Below, piece by piece: positions 49,858 through 60,838 of a DNA stretch of 64,000 bases (position 1 is its first letter; each line of letters starts with the position of its first letter). Position numbers and translations under genes: made by a program. Location: the IMG/VR virus record IMGVR_UViG_3300029634_000047, positions 1 to 64,000 of that record; one strand, 5' to 3'. Under the pieces are notes generated by a model. That model worked only from the letters and a program-made list of their open reading frames with translations, was not told where the DNA came from and did no database searches. The DNA comes from a virus.

Positions 49858-51350
49858 AAAAAGTCCTACTTACATTTATATGCGTAGTGATATTCGCTGC
49901 ATGTTCGTCAGAAGATGAAGAGAAATATACAACAATTGATGAAAACAGCCTTGAATTTGATAGTAATGGTGGCAGTCAAACAATTTCAATATCCTCAAAT
50001 ACGAATTGGTATATTGATGATAATCCATTTGAATGGATAACTGTATCATCTCCAAAGAACAAAGAAGGTAGTGGGAACGCACAAGTGACAATTTCTGTTA
50101 CAACCAATCCTGATTATGATGAAAGAACTGGATTTATATTAATAACATCTGACGCCGTTCTTGAACCGATACAAATAAATATATCACAATCCCAAAAGGA
50201 TGCTATTTTAGTTCCTGAACAAAACTCAACTTTTGGTTGGGAAGGTGGTAGCAAAGAATTTACCTACAAATCCAATGTTGATATGGAAATTGTTATTCCT
50301 GAAACAATGAATTGGGTTCATGCTACAAAAACAAGAGCTTTATCCAATGGAAAGATAACGATCACAGTGGATGAAAACTCTTCCTCACAACGGCAAGGCA
50401 CAATCACTTTGAAAGGAGATAATATATCAAAAGATTTCACTATTACGCAAGAAGGTTTCATTCCAGTGCAATCAGTTTCATTCCAAGAAGGAACAAACCT
50501 ATTTTTTGATAGAAATGCCAATCTTGCATTACACCCCGTATTTGTACCTGCAAATTGTTCAGATCAGACTTTGGAATGGACTTCATCAGACAGTGATATT
50601 ATTGAAGTAGATCAGAATGGCGTACTCACTATTAAAACTAACGGTACAAGTATGATTTCAGCATATAACAATAGAGCAGATAAAATCGCAATAGCCTATA
50701 TTACTGCCAAAATAAAAGCAGAAAGTATTCAGTTATACAATGTATGGGGAGGAAGCTTATCAGTTTCTTGTTTTGAGGGGAACTGGGGGTATTCATTCAT
50801 CCCACAAGTTGTAGTAGAACCTGCAAATGCTTATATAGAAGATTTAATGCTCACATCTGAAAATGAGAACTTGGTTTCCATTGCTGGTAGTGCAGTTATA
50901 TGTAATAGCCAAGGCTGGACTGGGCAAACTCGGATTACAGCCAACCTTCCTTATAGCGGAATATCTTCTTCATTCGATATAAATGTACAATGTTGTTATT
51001 TAAAGGCAGGCTTAGGAACAATTGTACAGAATGAAAATGAATTTCTTATCAATTTTGCCGGGCAAATATATTCCAATAACAGTAATGACAAGTTTAAGAT
51101 TGAAGGAATTAGCATCACAGATGAAAACAATCGACTGATAGCTACTGCTAATAGTTTTGATTCCAATAATACTGATAGAGTGCGTTGGCGATCAAATCAA
51201 ATAAATTTAAGAGATTACGGAATATACGTCATAGACAATACCTTTTATGAAACACTTTCTAAATGGAATGCAATAGTTACATACAGATATAATGATTCAG
51301 AAAATATAATATCCGAAAGTGTCAAAATTGACACAACAACAAATTATTAA
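49845..51350 (+). CDS. BACON-domain + Big_2 lipoprotein (moron)
   Basis: Lipobox FAACS; two BACON-like repeats (GGSQTISISSNTNWY..., GGSKEFTYKSNVDME...); Ig-like Big_2 segment. Confidence 0.6.
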   Translation: MQEMKKVLLTFICVVIFAACSSEDEEKYTTIDENSLEFDSNGGSQTISISSNTNWYIDDNPFEWITVSSPKNKEGSGNAQVTISVTTNPDYDERTGFILITSDAVLEPIQINISQSQKDAILVPEQNSTFGWEGGSKEFTYKSNVDMEIVIPETMNWVHATKTRALSNGKITITVDENSSSQRQGTITLKGDNISKDFTITQEGFIPVQSVSFQEGTNLFFDRNANLALHPVFVPANCSDQTLEWTSSDSDIIEVDQNGVLTIKTNGTSMISAYNNRADKIAIAYITAKIKAESIQLYNVWGGSLSVSCFEGNWGYSFIPQVVVEPANAYIEDLMLTSENENLVSIAGSAVICNSQGWTGQTRITANLPYSGISSSFDINVQCCYLKAGLGTIVQNENEFLINFAGQIYSNNSNDKFKIEGISITDENNRLIATANSFDSNNTDRVRWRSNQINLRDYGIYVIDNTFYETLSKWNAIVTYRYNDSENIISESVKIDTTTNY

Positions 51351-51653
51351 TCCAATTGGGCTGGCTTCCATTCAAAGTCAGCCCAATTTATTTGTTATGT
51401 ATTGAAAAGAATTGCAAATTACCTCTTGATTGTATAAGAACGGAATTACGTTCTTTTAGCTTTTCCTCTGTAATTAAGGTTTTCACGAATTGTTTAGTAA
51501 AATCGTTTTCTGTATAGCGCACCATCTGTTTCCGCTGCCCACTATGTTCATTCCATTAACTTTACCGAAAAATGACGATTTAAAATTTGCTTATTGCAGT
51601 ATATTGTCAAAAACTCGATTTTTCTAAATTTTCAGAGAAATAAATAGTGAACA

Positions 51654-52484
51654 CTATGCTACTGGTATTAATTCACCTTTAATCAGCTTTATGGCTTTCT
51701 TTACGTCCCAACCGCTTTCGCATAATGCGATGATAAAACGTACACCTTTCGTAGTCCATACAGTATAAACATTTGTCCCTATCGAGCCATCCGAACGTGT
51801 GTACGTCTGTGTACGTGTAGAGTGTATTCCCCAAGTAGAATAAGGAGTATGCAATAACCATTGTCCGCTTTGTCGGTAGATGACTCCGATTTCTTTCAGC
51901 TTCTTATGCAGCTTTTCGGCATCCATTCCTATCTGCTTGGCGACTTGTGTGCTCGTCTGGGTGTTTACACTCTGCAAGTGGTTATCGTAATAGCTGACCT
52001 TCGGAGAGGCTTGAAGCAACTGTTCTTCTTGCAATGCGTTCTGTTGTTCAAGACGTTGCTTCTCTTCTCGCTCGTTCTTTAATTGTGTTGCAAGACTGAT
52101 AACAAGGTCGGGATTATTTATCATTTGCTCCAAAGTTGGCTGCATGGCGGTCATGCCATATTGAAGTAACTCTTTGATACGGTCATTACACCAAATAGCA
52201 AAAGCAGGACTTAACCAGCGAGCAAATTCCATTGCTACATCTCCGTGCATCCAAGTGCCTTGCTCACCATTTCCACCTTGTTTTATTTCTACCAAATCCG
52301 TTAGGGGAATTGTCCTAACGGCTGATAATGTGGATAAAAACTCTTTGGTTGATTTGTTGGATAGCCAATCTTTGGCAAGTTTACCGAACGGTTTTGCCAT
52401 TTCTGTGGCATTAATCATAACACTATCGCCTTTCTGAAAGGTAATAGGACTTCCATTATATTGAAAAATTTGATTTGTTTTCAT
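51654..52484 (-). CDS. KilA-N domain antirepressor-like protein
   Basis: N-terminal KilA-N pattern (QIFQYNGSPITF...MINATEMAKPFGK). Confidence 0.5.
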   Translation of the reverse strand: MKTNQIFQYNGSPITFQKGDSVMINATEMAKPFGKLAKDWLSNKSTKEFLSTLSAVRTIPLTDLVEIKQGGNGEQGTWMHGDVAMEFARWLSPAFAIWCNDRIKELLQYGMTAMQPTLEQMINNPDLVISLATQLKNEREEKQRLEQQNALQEEQLLQASPKVSYYDNHLQSVNTQTSTQVAKQIGMDAEKLHKKLKEIGVIYRQSGQWLLHTPYSTWGIHSTRTQTYTRSDGSIGTNVYTVWTTKGVRFIIALCESGWDVKKAIKLIKGELIPVA

Positions 52485-52493
52485 ATTATAAAT

Positions 52494-52865
52494 TTACATT
52501 TTACTTAACAAAAATTTCTTCCTTTTACGGGAAAGTTCACGCTTGTTTTCTTCAAGTTCTTCCCAACGATTAATAATTTTGGCTCGTAAATTTGCATCAT
52601 AACCACTTGCGAGAAGAAGGCAATCCTTTTTGGTGAGAATGTAACAAGACACTTCTTTGCTTCCACCGTTTGGCATAGGTTGAGGTCTTGATGATAATTC
52701 AAAACTGAATTGTCGTCTATCTTCCAGTTGTTCAAGGATATTGCGAATATCTCGTATTACATTTGAATGAGTTTTGCCCGTAATTTCTGCAATCTGCAAG
52801 GAGGTCATTGTTCTTTTTTTACCTTTTCCCTCATCAATAGGTATTAACTGATTAAAATTTTCCAT
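52494..52865 (-). CDS. Rha-family phage regulatory protein
   Basis: TMTSLQIAEITGKTHSNVIRDIRNIL. Confidence 0.55.
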   Translation of the reverse strand: MENFNQLIPIDEGKGKKRTMTSLQIAEITGKTHSNVIRDIRNILEQLEDRRQFSFELSSRPQPMPNGGSKEVSCYILTKKDCLLLASGYDANLRAKIINRWEELEENKRELSRKRKKFLLSKM

Positions 52866-52948
52866 ATCTTTGCACTATAAAGTTAATGTTTTCCCCATCA
52901 GCGGCTCGGACATCTCCGCTTTTGGGGAATTATTTTGTCCGATCTTGT

Positions 52949-52994
52949 AGTAGGCAGGGAATCGAACCCCAATACGCCATTACTCGTACCTACT
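52949..52994 (-). other. tRNA-like minihelix (7-bp acceptor-like stem + GGGGTTCGATTCCC T-arm) lacking D and anticodon arms
   Basis: agtagg...cctact stem enclosing T-arm motif on minus strand; too short for a tRNA. Confidence 0.3.
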
Positions 52995-53404
52995 GAACCC
53001 TCCTTAGTATAATAGTCACGCTTGACATAATAGTAAAGAGAAAGGGCAAATCCCAATGAAGCCTAATGTGGTTGTCTGCCTCAAAGAGAATGCCCTATAA
53101 TATTTTACTCCAGTTCATGACAACCACGTAATGAACCTAACAGCATTGTTTCCGGCGCAAATATAAAGACGATATTTTCGCCATACAACAACCTAAAAAT
53201 CAAGAAAATAAATTCGGTAAACATCAGTAACAAACGGTAAGAATCGGTAAATAAAAACAGTTACATTTACTCTAAAATTTAGACACAATATAAATAATGC
53301 GCGTATCTACCGTATTGTGACGAGATGTTGGTTGTCATTTATGATACCGTTCCAATAATTTAGAAATATAAAAGGCTGTAAATAAAGATATTGCAGAACA
53401 TGTG

Positions 53405-53917
53405 TTAGTCCACATTCATTTTATATCTTACCATGACATTGCCATCGGCTTCAACTTTACAGTTTTTGCCATGAACATATACATAAACTTTAGCCATATC
53501 GCTTTGCCTTACATGTAGTATAGCCCGATCATATACACTCACAAAAACTTTGGCACAATCCTCCACTTCAAGAGTCAATTCACTATCATGCCGCAAATGG
53601 AGAGTAGCGGCTGCAAATTTGCTGAAAGAAAATTTGCCTGAACATTTACCGTTCAGCACATATACACCGTTGTCACCTCCGGTCACTGGTTCATCAACAA
53701 AAATATGGTTTTGATGGAGCAGACTCCGGTCAAAATTACCTTTTATATATTCCACTGTCGGATAATCGTGCTCAATACAAAAATCAATGCCTCGTATATA
53801 CATTTCAATTAGTTCTTGCTGGCTTTTATTGTTTTGCCAGTCACCTTGCCATTGTGTGCAGAGGCCATACGATACGGCATGACCTCTCAATTCACTATTC
53901 AATCTGTTCATAATCAT
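53405..53917 (-). CDS. hypothetical protein
   Basis: ORF downstream of tape measure. Confidence 0.3.
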   Translation of the reverse strand: MIMNRLNSELRGHAVSYGLCTQWQGDWQNNKSQQELIEMYIRGIDFCIEHDYPTVEYIKGNFDRSLLHQNHIFVDEPVTGGDNGVYVLNGKCSGKFSFSKFAAATLHLRHDSELTLEVEDCAKVFVSVYDRAILHVRQSDMAKVYVYVHGKNCKVEADGNVMVRYKMNVD

Positions 53918-56900
53918 ACATTAAACTTGTTTACACCGTTTATATTCCTATGCAGTATATCTCTGATCTCTTCCACAAATTCCACATTCTTTGCTGTATT
54001 TATCTGTATCATTGTCAGTTGTCGCAATTGTGCTTGTGCTATTACATTATAGGCCGGGAACAATTCTTCAACCAATCTGCGTACATACTCCCGTTTGACA
54101 CTCACGTCAGCCCGGATTGCATTTATATAAGAAGCCAAAAGGTTAGCGGTATTTTCAGTAACATTCTGTATGCCTTTAGATAACCCACTTCCATTTTCTT
54201 CTTCCCCTTCTTTCATGCTGATACCATATTTCTTTTCCATATAGTTGTTCAGCTTGTCAAGCATGGAATAGTAATCATCGGTTTTCTCACTCACTCCCAT
54301 TAGATAGTCCGCAATACTTTCCAACTCCCTTTCGTCAAGGGAGAAATCCTTGCCGAAATAACCACTCATTCCATCCTCACCGAAAAGCATCTTCTGAAGC
54401 TGTTGCATGGCCGGTTCCAAAATACTTATTTTGAGAATGGAGTTCATGACATCACCCATAATGTCGGCAACCTTATTTTTGAAAGCTTCGGCACCATCCT
54501 CGCCTTTCTGCCATGCCTCATACAAGGCATCTCCCAACTGCGAAGCCCAGTCTTTCAAATTAATGCCATAGAGAGATTCAGCCGTTTCCTCGGCAAAATC
54601 CTTTATTTGCTGTTTCATCTCCGCAATCTGATTCTCATAATCAGCTACCTTGCTATCATCCGTCTTCTTTTTATCAATTTCAGCTTGCCGTTGTTTCTCC
54701 AACTCTGAAAGTTGTTCTTGCATCAAGGCACGTTGATATCCGTATGCACCACCTTCATCGTATGCCGAAACACGTTTTTGAAGTTTTTCCGCTTCCTGCT
54801 TATATTTCTGCAAAGACATCAAATCGAAGATGTTGATCTTTCCCTTATTGCGTATTGCCTCAATCTGATTATTTAATTGATTCAACCGGGTACGGTCATT
54901 TTCTGCATCTACAAGTTTTAGTTCCGTGCCACTGCCCAAGAAACGTTCAAGAATACCGTCAATTTGTTCGTATATATATTGCAACTGTTGAGCACGAAGT
55001 TTACTCTTTTCAATAGCCTTATCGAGTTTCTTATCATGCGCTTGTGCTATCTTCCCAATCCAGTTTACAGCTTCACCGGCAGCGGCAGCAATACCACCAA
55101 CTATTCCACCTTTGGCAAATCCCTGCCCGATATTGCTTATAGAAGACATGGCATCCTGCACATTGCCCATCGTGTCGGCCATGCCCTCATTGCCCAAAGC
55201 ATCGAACATGGAGGACATTTGCCCTGCAAAATTGCCGACAAGATCAGCGCTTTCAGCGGCACTTTCTCCCAACCGTCCGATTTTCTTTTCCAGTTTGTCG
55301 CTGTCTTTTTCAGAAGTAAAAAGTTCTTTTACATTCTTCGCTAAGGTTTTGAATGGATTTACAGCCAATTGTGCATCTTGCAACTGGGGGATAGCTTTTA
55401 TCAATTTATCCAACAAAGAATAAGCCCCCTTAACATTTTCAATACTACCATCATCTTTCGTGAAAAAAGAAGTAAATCCATTAGGCTTTCCATCGCTATC
55501 ATAGGAAACCTTTGCATTATTCTTGATTTCCCTTGCGATACGTTCAGCCTCTTTCAAATCAGAGAATGAACGTTGCTCTTTATCTCCAAATATTTTCTCC
55601 CATTCAGGTAACAATTGTAATAAGGTCGATTTTAATTCAATCAGCTTCTTATTATATTCATCAAGATAAGCCTTCTGAACATTGTTTAGACCTGACGTAT
55701 CACCAACCAACTCCCCATTTTTTCCGACACTTAATCCAGTCTTTGATGCGTACTGTTCACTTAATATTCGTATCTTTTCTATCGTTGATCTTGCATTGGC
55801 AATAACCTTTGTATCATCAAGTGCAATACTTACCTTATCTTTCTCAAATGCCTCTTTAGCATCCTTCCACACCTTAAAAAATTGCTTATATAATGGGCTG
55901 TCTTTACCTCCTAATATACTTTCTGCTTCATCGTCACTCAAAGTGAATGGAAGATCAACACCCTTTTCTTTGAGTTTCTTTTGTACTGTATCTATTAAAT
56001 ATTGCGCTTCATTCTCATAATCAGTCAAAAAACCAAAAGCATAAGTTGAAGCATCCTTCTTACTTGCACCGGCATTGATAAGCTGCTTGTATATATCCCA
56101 TTTCTTTGAAACATCAGATACGTACCTTTCAAGTTCTTTTGTAGCCTTATCCGAAGCTTCTTTCATAGCATTGGCATCAATATCTAAAAGAACTTTCCGT
56201 ATAGAAACTTTCAATTCCCTACGCTCTTTGGTCTTATCGTCAAGCTGGTTAAGAATCTTATTCAATTCATCCCGATAATTGGAAATATCCACTGGTTCCT
56301 TACCTTTGAATAAGGAGTCAAAAATACCTGATCCTTTAACCTTATTGGCAGCTTCTCCCTTTCCAACAATGTCAGTCCACTTCTTATATTCAGAATATGC
56401 CTCCTTTAGTAAGTTTACCCGTTCTTTCAATTTTTCGGCGAAGGCATCCTTTTTGCTCTTATCCTTACTTGAATCAGTGAGAGAAAAACCGATTCCTTTG
56501 GCTCCTTTCTCGCCGGCTTGCATTATGTCGAAAGCCTTTTTATAATCTGATACAATTTGCTTCTGCCAATCAGGAATCTTTGATAAGTCAATGGTTCCAA
56601 TATCTGATAAATCTATTCCGGCCTTAATCAATATCGGCTTCAATTGATTTGTTGTCTCTTTCGCTTCCTTGTACGCTTTTTGTATTCCTTCAATGATTTT
56701 CTCTGAATCTGTGGAAACCTTTATTTGGGCTTCAAATTGCCCATCTGTAGCTTCATTGAACTTTTTCTGCAAATCAGAAAAACTTTGACTGGTTTCTGTA
56801 TATTCAGCATTAATTTTGATATTGAACTCTTCTTCAAGAGTCTTCTCGTTAAAGAAGTCTCGCATATATTTCGGCATCTTCTCGAACGTATCAAAGAAAG

Positions 56901-59391
56901 AACTTATATCCAAACCGATAGCTATTTTCTGCGCATCACTCAAATTGTCCAAATCCCAGCCGGCAGCTTCCAGTCTCGACTTGTACCCAGATAGGAAGTC
57001 CTTCATATCCGGCAATACATCTTCCATATAAATACGCTTAGAATTTTTCCACGCTTTCCGCAATTGAAAAATATCATCCCTATATCCTCCCGTGAAGGGT
57101 AACTCATTATTCAAACTGGCTAATGCCTTGGGATATTCTTTGATTATATCCAACTGCTCTTTCAATGATTTGCCCGAAGCGACCTTAGCAAAATCATCAT
57201 ACTTGGCTATAACTTTCTGCATGGCAGTATAATACTCTATATAGCTACCAGCCATACGGTCTATAATCTTGTCTATCTGCTTCTCTGCCTTGATGTAGTC
57301 TTCAATATTTTCACTAAAGCTTTCATCAAAATAACCATCAGTAGCATCATTCGCATATTCAGATGTACCTCTTATGGCATTCAACAATCTATAAGCCTCT
57401 TTTGTATCATTCAAAGCATCCCGAAGCAATATATATTGTTCTGCAAGACTTTTAACTGTGTTTCCTTCATCATCAGTCTTAAACGTTTCATTAAAAGTAT
57501 CTGCCCAAACCGGAGAATAATCCTTTAATGCTGTTTTCATTTTTTCAATGGAAGAAATCAGTGAGGCATCATTCGCCTTAAAAGGATCAACATCAGCAAA
57601 TTTTTGAGCTTCTTTCGTTAAATTCTTGAAACCGTCTTGTGCTCTCGTTGTCAACTCGGAAATACGCTCGTTCATTTCGTCAGCCTTTTGCCCGGACTTA
57701 TACCATAATTCAGCGATGGCAGTAAGCCCAGTGAACAAAAGCATGTATGGATTAAAAAGCAAACCTTTTAATGCAACTCCTACTTGTTTTATACCATAAC
57801 CCAATGAGATCATGGCTACACGCCATTTACTTGTTGAAAGTGCAGCTGACATTTCAGCACGAGATATACCAAGTACCTGCACAATATGGCCGGCTTGTCC
57901 TGATTTCAATTTTCCAAGTGCCATTAACCGCAAGGCATACTCCTTAGTTAAAGCTCCACTACTTGCCAACGCTTTCCAATCTGCGGTTGTCATAGTATTA
58001 CTTGAAGCTATAAGTCCTTTTTCCGCATTTGTAAGTGTACGATAACTGGATGCGACAACAAGATTGGCTGCTGCCTTTTGCTTGGCAGCAAGCGTACTTT
58101 TTATAAGAGCTGCACTTTCATTCCCAATCAAGCGGTTTGCACCAAATGTCGCTACCTTATATACTCCAAAGGCTCCAATGGCAGCTTCGATAGCCGGTAC
58201 AACTTCTTTCCAATTTTGTGCAATGGTGGTAAGGCTTTCAGCAGTCCATTTCAATGTACTACCCATTGACTCCGCAATATCACCAAGCATAATGTCAATC
58301 GCATCAGCCAAGTTCTTCCATTTGGATTTGACTGATTCAGAAAGAACTTCTTGCATGTTATTAAACATGCCGCCATCATCCGTAAGTTCCCAAAGAACAT
58401 CTTTTACGTCCTCAAACGTAACCTTCTTTTTCGAGATCATATCAAGCACTTCACCGGCACTGACAATACGGCCTTCCAACTTACTGAATCGTTCAGCCAG
58501 TTTATCCACCATAGGAATGTTCGCTTCCGTTAATTGTCTTAATTCCGTACCCTTCAAAAATTTAGCAGCCTTTATCTGACCGTAAGCCAATATGATACGC
58601 CCCATATCAACACCTACACCGGCTGATATATCAGCCAGCCTTTTCATGGTATCATACAATTCATTGTATGGTATAGAATATGCGGAAAGTTGCTTGGCAT
58701 ACTGATTCAAATCCATAATCCCGAATGGAGAAGCAACAGCCAGTTTCTTAATTTGATTGAATATGGTTGTAGCTTTGCCTTCATCTTGCAGAATAGAGGC
58801 CATTGCAATTTTCTGATTTTCCAACTCACCACCAATATCAACCACTGCACGCAAAAAGTTCTGTGCTGCATAAATGGAGTATAGCCCCAAAAATTCATTT
58901 CTTAATTGTCCGACAATACTCAATTGACTGTTCATTGCTCCATTCATATTGAGAGTGGCTGTCATGTGCCGTCTTGCTGCATTGGCTGATCTCTCACGGG
59001 CATTAGCCAAATCCAGTTCCGCTTTGGCGGCACGGGCGGCTCTTTGTCGCGCAAGCTCACGTGCGGCTGCGGCAGAAGCTTCCGCTTTGGTTTGAATGGC
59101 TGCGGCTTTGGCGGCGCGTAAATCACTTGCTGTAAAGTTTGTATTCAACCCGGCGGCTTGCAAGGCGGCACGAACAGCTTGTGTGGTACTGGCCTTATCC
59201 ACTACCACATTGATCTTAAACTTCTCACTTTGAAGCAAAGTCTTCATATCACCAACCAACTTCTTCTTGTCAAAACCCACATCAAGTTTTGCCTGCAAGT
59301 CTTTGGTGATTTCCGCTTTCAATTTTTTACGTTGTTCCGCTGTCTTATCACGGAACAGTATATCAAAATATAAATTACCGAGATCAGCCAT
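53914..59391 (-). CDS. tail tape measure protein (1825 aa)
   Basis: Very long Ala/Lys/Glu-rich coiled coil with TP901-type core. Confidence 0.7.
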   Translation of the reverse strand: MADLGNLYFDILFRDKTAEQRKKLKAEITKDLQAKLDVGFDKKKLVGDMKTLLQSEKFKINVVVDKASTTQAVRAALQAAGLNTNFTASDLRAAKAAAIQTKAEASAAAARELARQRAARAAKAELDLANARERSANAARRHMTATLNMNGAMNSQLSIVGQLRNEFLGLYSIYAAQNFLRAVVDIGGELENQKIAMASILQDEGKATTIFNQIKKLAVASPFGIMDLNQYAKQLSAYSIPYNELYDTMKRLADISAGVGVDMGRIILAYGQIKAAKFLKGTELRQLTEANIPMVDKLAERFSKLEGRIVSAGEVLDMISKKKVTFEDVKDVLWELTDDGGMFNNMQEVLSESVKSKWKNLADAIDIMLGDIAESMGSTLKWTAESLTTIAQNWKEVVPAIEAAIGAFGVYKVATFGANRLIGNESAALIKSTLAAKQKAAANLVVASSYRTLTNAEKGLIASSNTMTTADWKALASSGALTKEYALRLMALGKLKSGQAGHIVQVLGISRAEMSAALSTSKWRVAMISLGYGIKQVGVALKGLLFNPYMLLFTGLTAIAELWYKSGQKADEMNERISELTTRAQDGFKNLTKEAQKFADVDPFKANDASLISSIEKMKTALKDYSPVWADTFNETFKTDDEGNTVKSLAEQYILLRDALNDTKEAYRLLNAIRGTSEYANDATDGYFDESFSENIEDYIKAEKQIDKIIDRMAGSYIEYYTAMQKVIAKYDDFAKVASGKSLKEQLDIIKEYPKALASLNNELPFTGGYRDDIFQLRKAWKNSKRIYMEDVLPDMKDFLSGYKSRLEAAGWDLDNLSDAQKIAIGLDISSFFDTFEKMPKYMRDFFNEKTLEEEFNIKINAEYTETSQSFSDLQKKFNEATDGQFEAQIKVSTDSEKIIEGIQKAYKEAKETTNQLKPILIKAGIDLSDIGTIDLSKIPDWQKQIVSDYKKAFDIMQAGEKGAKGIGFSLTDSSKDKSKKDAFAEKLKERVNLLKEAYSEYKKWTDIVGKGEAANKVKGSGIFDSLFKGKEPVDISNYRDELNKILNQLDDKTKERRELKVSIRKVLLDIDANAMKEASDKATKELERYVSDVSKKWDIYKQLINAGASKKDASTYAFGFLTDYENEAQYLIDTVQKKLKEKGVDLPFTLSDDEAESILGGKDSPLYKQFFKVWKDAKEAFEKDKVSIALDDTKVIANARSTIEKIRILSEQYASKTGLSVGKNGELVGDTSGLNNVQKAYLDEYNKKLIELKSTLLQLLPEWEKIFGDKEQRSFSDLKEAERIAREIKNNAKVSYDSDGKPNGFTSFFTKDDGSIENVKGAYSLLDKLIKAIPQLQDAQLAVNPFKTLAKNVKELFTSEKDSDKLEKKIGRLGESAAESADLVGNFAGQMSSMFDALGNEGMADTMGNVQDAMSSISNIGQGFAKGGIVGGIAAAAGEAVNWIGKIAQAHDKKLDKAIEKSKLRAQQLQYIYEQIDGILERFLGSGTELKLVDAENDRTRLNQLNNQIEAIRNKGKINIFDLMSLQKYKQEAEKLQKRVSAYDEGGAYGYQRALMQEQLSELEKQRQAEIDKKKTDDSKVADYENQIAEMKQQIKDFAEETAESLYGINLKDWASQLGDALYEAWQKGEDGAEAFKNKVADIMGDVMNSILKISILEPAMQQLQKMLFGEDGMSGYFGKDFSLDERELESIADYLMGVSEKTDDYYSMLDKLNNYMEKKYGISMKEGEEENGSGLSKGIQNVTENTANLLASYINAIRADVSVKREYVRRLVEELFPAYNVIAQAQLRQLTMIQINTAKNVEFVEEIRDILHRNINGVNKFNV

Positions 59392-59408
59392 ATATTATTG
59401 TGTTTGTG

Positions 59409-60151
59409 CTACTTATAATCATTGATGTTAATTACCGTTTCTCCATCACCGTATTTGTCTTTCCAGCGTTTAGCGGCATCCTCTATTTCGCTTACGGAAG
59501 GGGATTTGAAGTTCTTTGTATCGTGTTCCTTTTCCTTACTGTCCTTGTCATAATCTGTAACCACAATAGACACATCCATTGCCAACAGTTCTATTTGGGC
59601 ATTTGTAAGAACCCAATAAATACCAAACAAAGGCTTACTTATTGGAATCCCCAATAGTCTCAAAGGCTCTGTCAACCACGGATAGGATTTGCCTATTTCC
59701 CACGTTTGTCCGTAGCTGGTTCGTGAAGGATATGCTCTGCTTCCTCTTTTGTCATTGTCATCATCGTGTCCTTCATCGCGGTCAGATATATGGTAGCTGT
59801 CAAGTAATCTTCCACTGGAATTTTTTTTTTGCCGACAGCTATAACCTTCATCAGTTCATGATCTCCATATTGTTTGATATAAAAGAACCAACGCCACAAA
59901 AAAGGATAGAAGAACTTAATCTTCCAATACCCATTCAAAATGATAGCGGCTGCACATTGACAACTGATCTTATCATCATTTCCTGATTTCTGCATGGTAC
60001 TGGTGAATTTGCGTATAGTCCCTCTTTTCAGCCACGAAATGCCATATTTCTTTCCCCGAACTTCCACATAATCCACACTGTCTTCCATCACATCATTCAA
60101 TAATTTTTCATCCTCCGGCTTAGGAAGTGTTATATTATTTTCTTTTGTCAT
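59409..60151 (-). CDS. tail assembly chaperone pair (G-like 59693-60151; T-like frame open 59409-59855) with -1 slippery A10
   Basis: Two ORFs upstream of TMP; -1 frame open across coding-strand A10 (59821-59830). Confidence 0.45.
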
Positions 60152-60252
60152 ACTTTATTGTGTTTTATACGAAAAAAGGTGGTGGCCGGTATCAAGTAGC
60201 TCACCACCTTTTCGCTGATATGAATTTTGCAAAGTGTTGTATTCTAAGCTTT

Positions 60253-60816
60253 TTATTCAGATGCTTTTTTACGTAAAATGTAGATAGAGGCACCTTTATC
60301 ATCATTCAACGGAGAAACAGATATGTTAAAGTATCCCGGTTTGTCCTGCTCGCTGACAAGGTTACTGTAACCCTCGATATTCGGTAAGAACAAGGCTGTT
60401 TGACGGTCTTCACTACGCATGAAAAGTCCTCCGGTTACTTTCTTAGGTTCAATATTGTAACCTTCGCCTTCATAAGTTTCACCATCAATCGTAGCAGTCA
60501 TAGTCACTGTTTCTGTTTTCTTGTTCATTAACAAGTCATTGATCTTTCCTGCCACGGAAGGCACTTGAAACTGAATATCAGAATCTCCGGCATTAGCAAC
60601 AGAAGTCCAAGTGGCACCGGTTGTCAATTTTATCTTAGAAACGTCGGCAGCTCCAGTATCAAATGTTACTCCATCGGAGAGTACCGGCAGCTCCATGTCA
60701 AAAGCTGTCAAATTTGCAAGGTCACTATTGGCTGCGGCCACATAATAAACCTCCTTCATTTGGTTAAAGAGCGTCTTTAACGCTTCCAGTTTGGTGGTAA
60801 TAGAAATTTCTGCCAT
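60253..60816 (-). CDS. major tail protein (putative)
   Basis: Position upstream of chaperones, 187 aa. Confidence 0.4.
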   Translation of the reverse strand: MAEISITTKLEALKTLFNQMKEVYYVAAANSDLANLTAFDMELPVLSDGVTFDTGAADVSKIKLTTGATWTSVANAGDSDIQFQVPSVAGKINDLLMNKKTETVTMTATIDGETYEGEGYNIEPKKVTGGLFMRSEDRQTALFLPNIEGYSNLVSEQDKPGYFNISVSPLNDDKGASIYILRKKASE

Positions 60817-60838
60817 AATCGTATTTTTTTAATTTGTG

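Noticed and set aside
53950-59375. Numerous plus-strand ORFs inside the tape-measure gene and other antisense ORFs in the track (e.g. 54403-54708, 55682-56020, 10883-11383, 46553-46881)
   Set aside because: They lie antisense within long, well-supported genes and have low-complexity translations. Treated as spurious.
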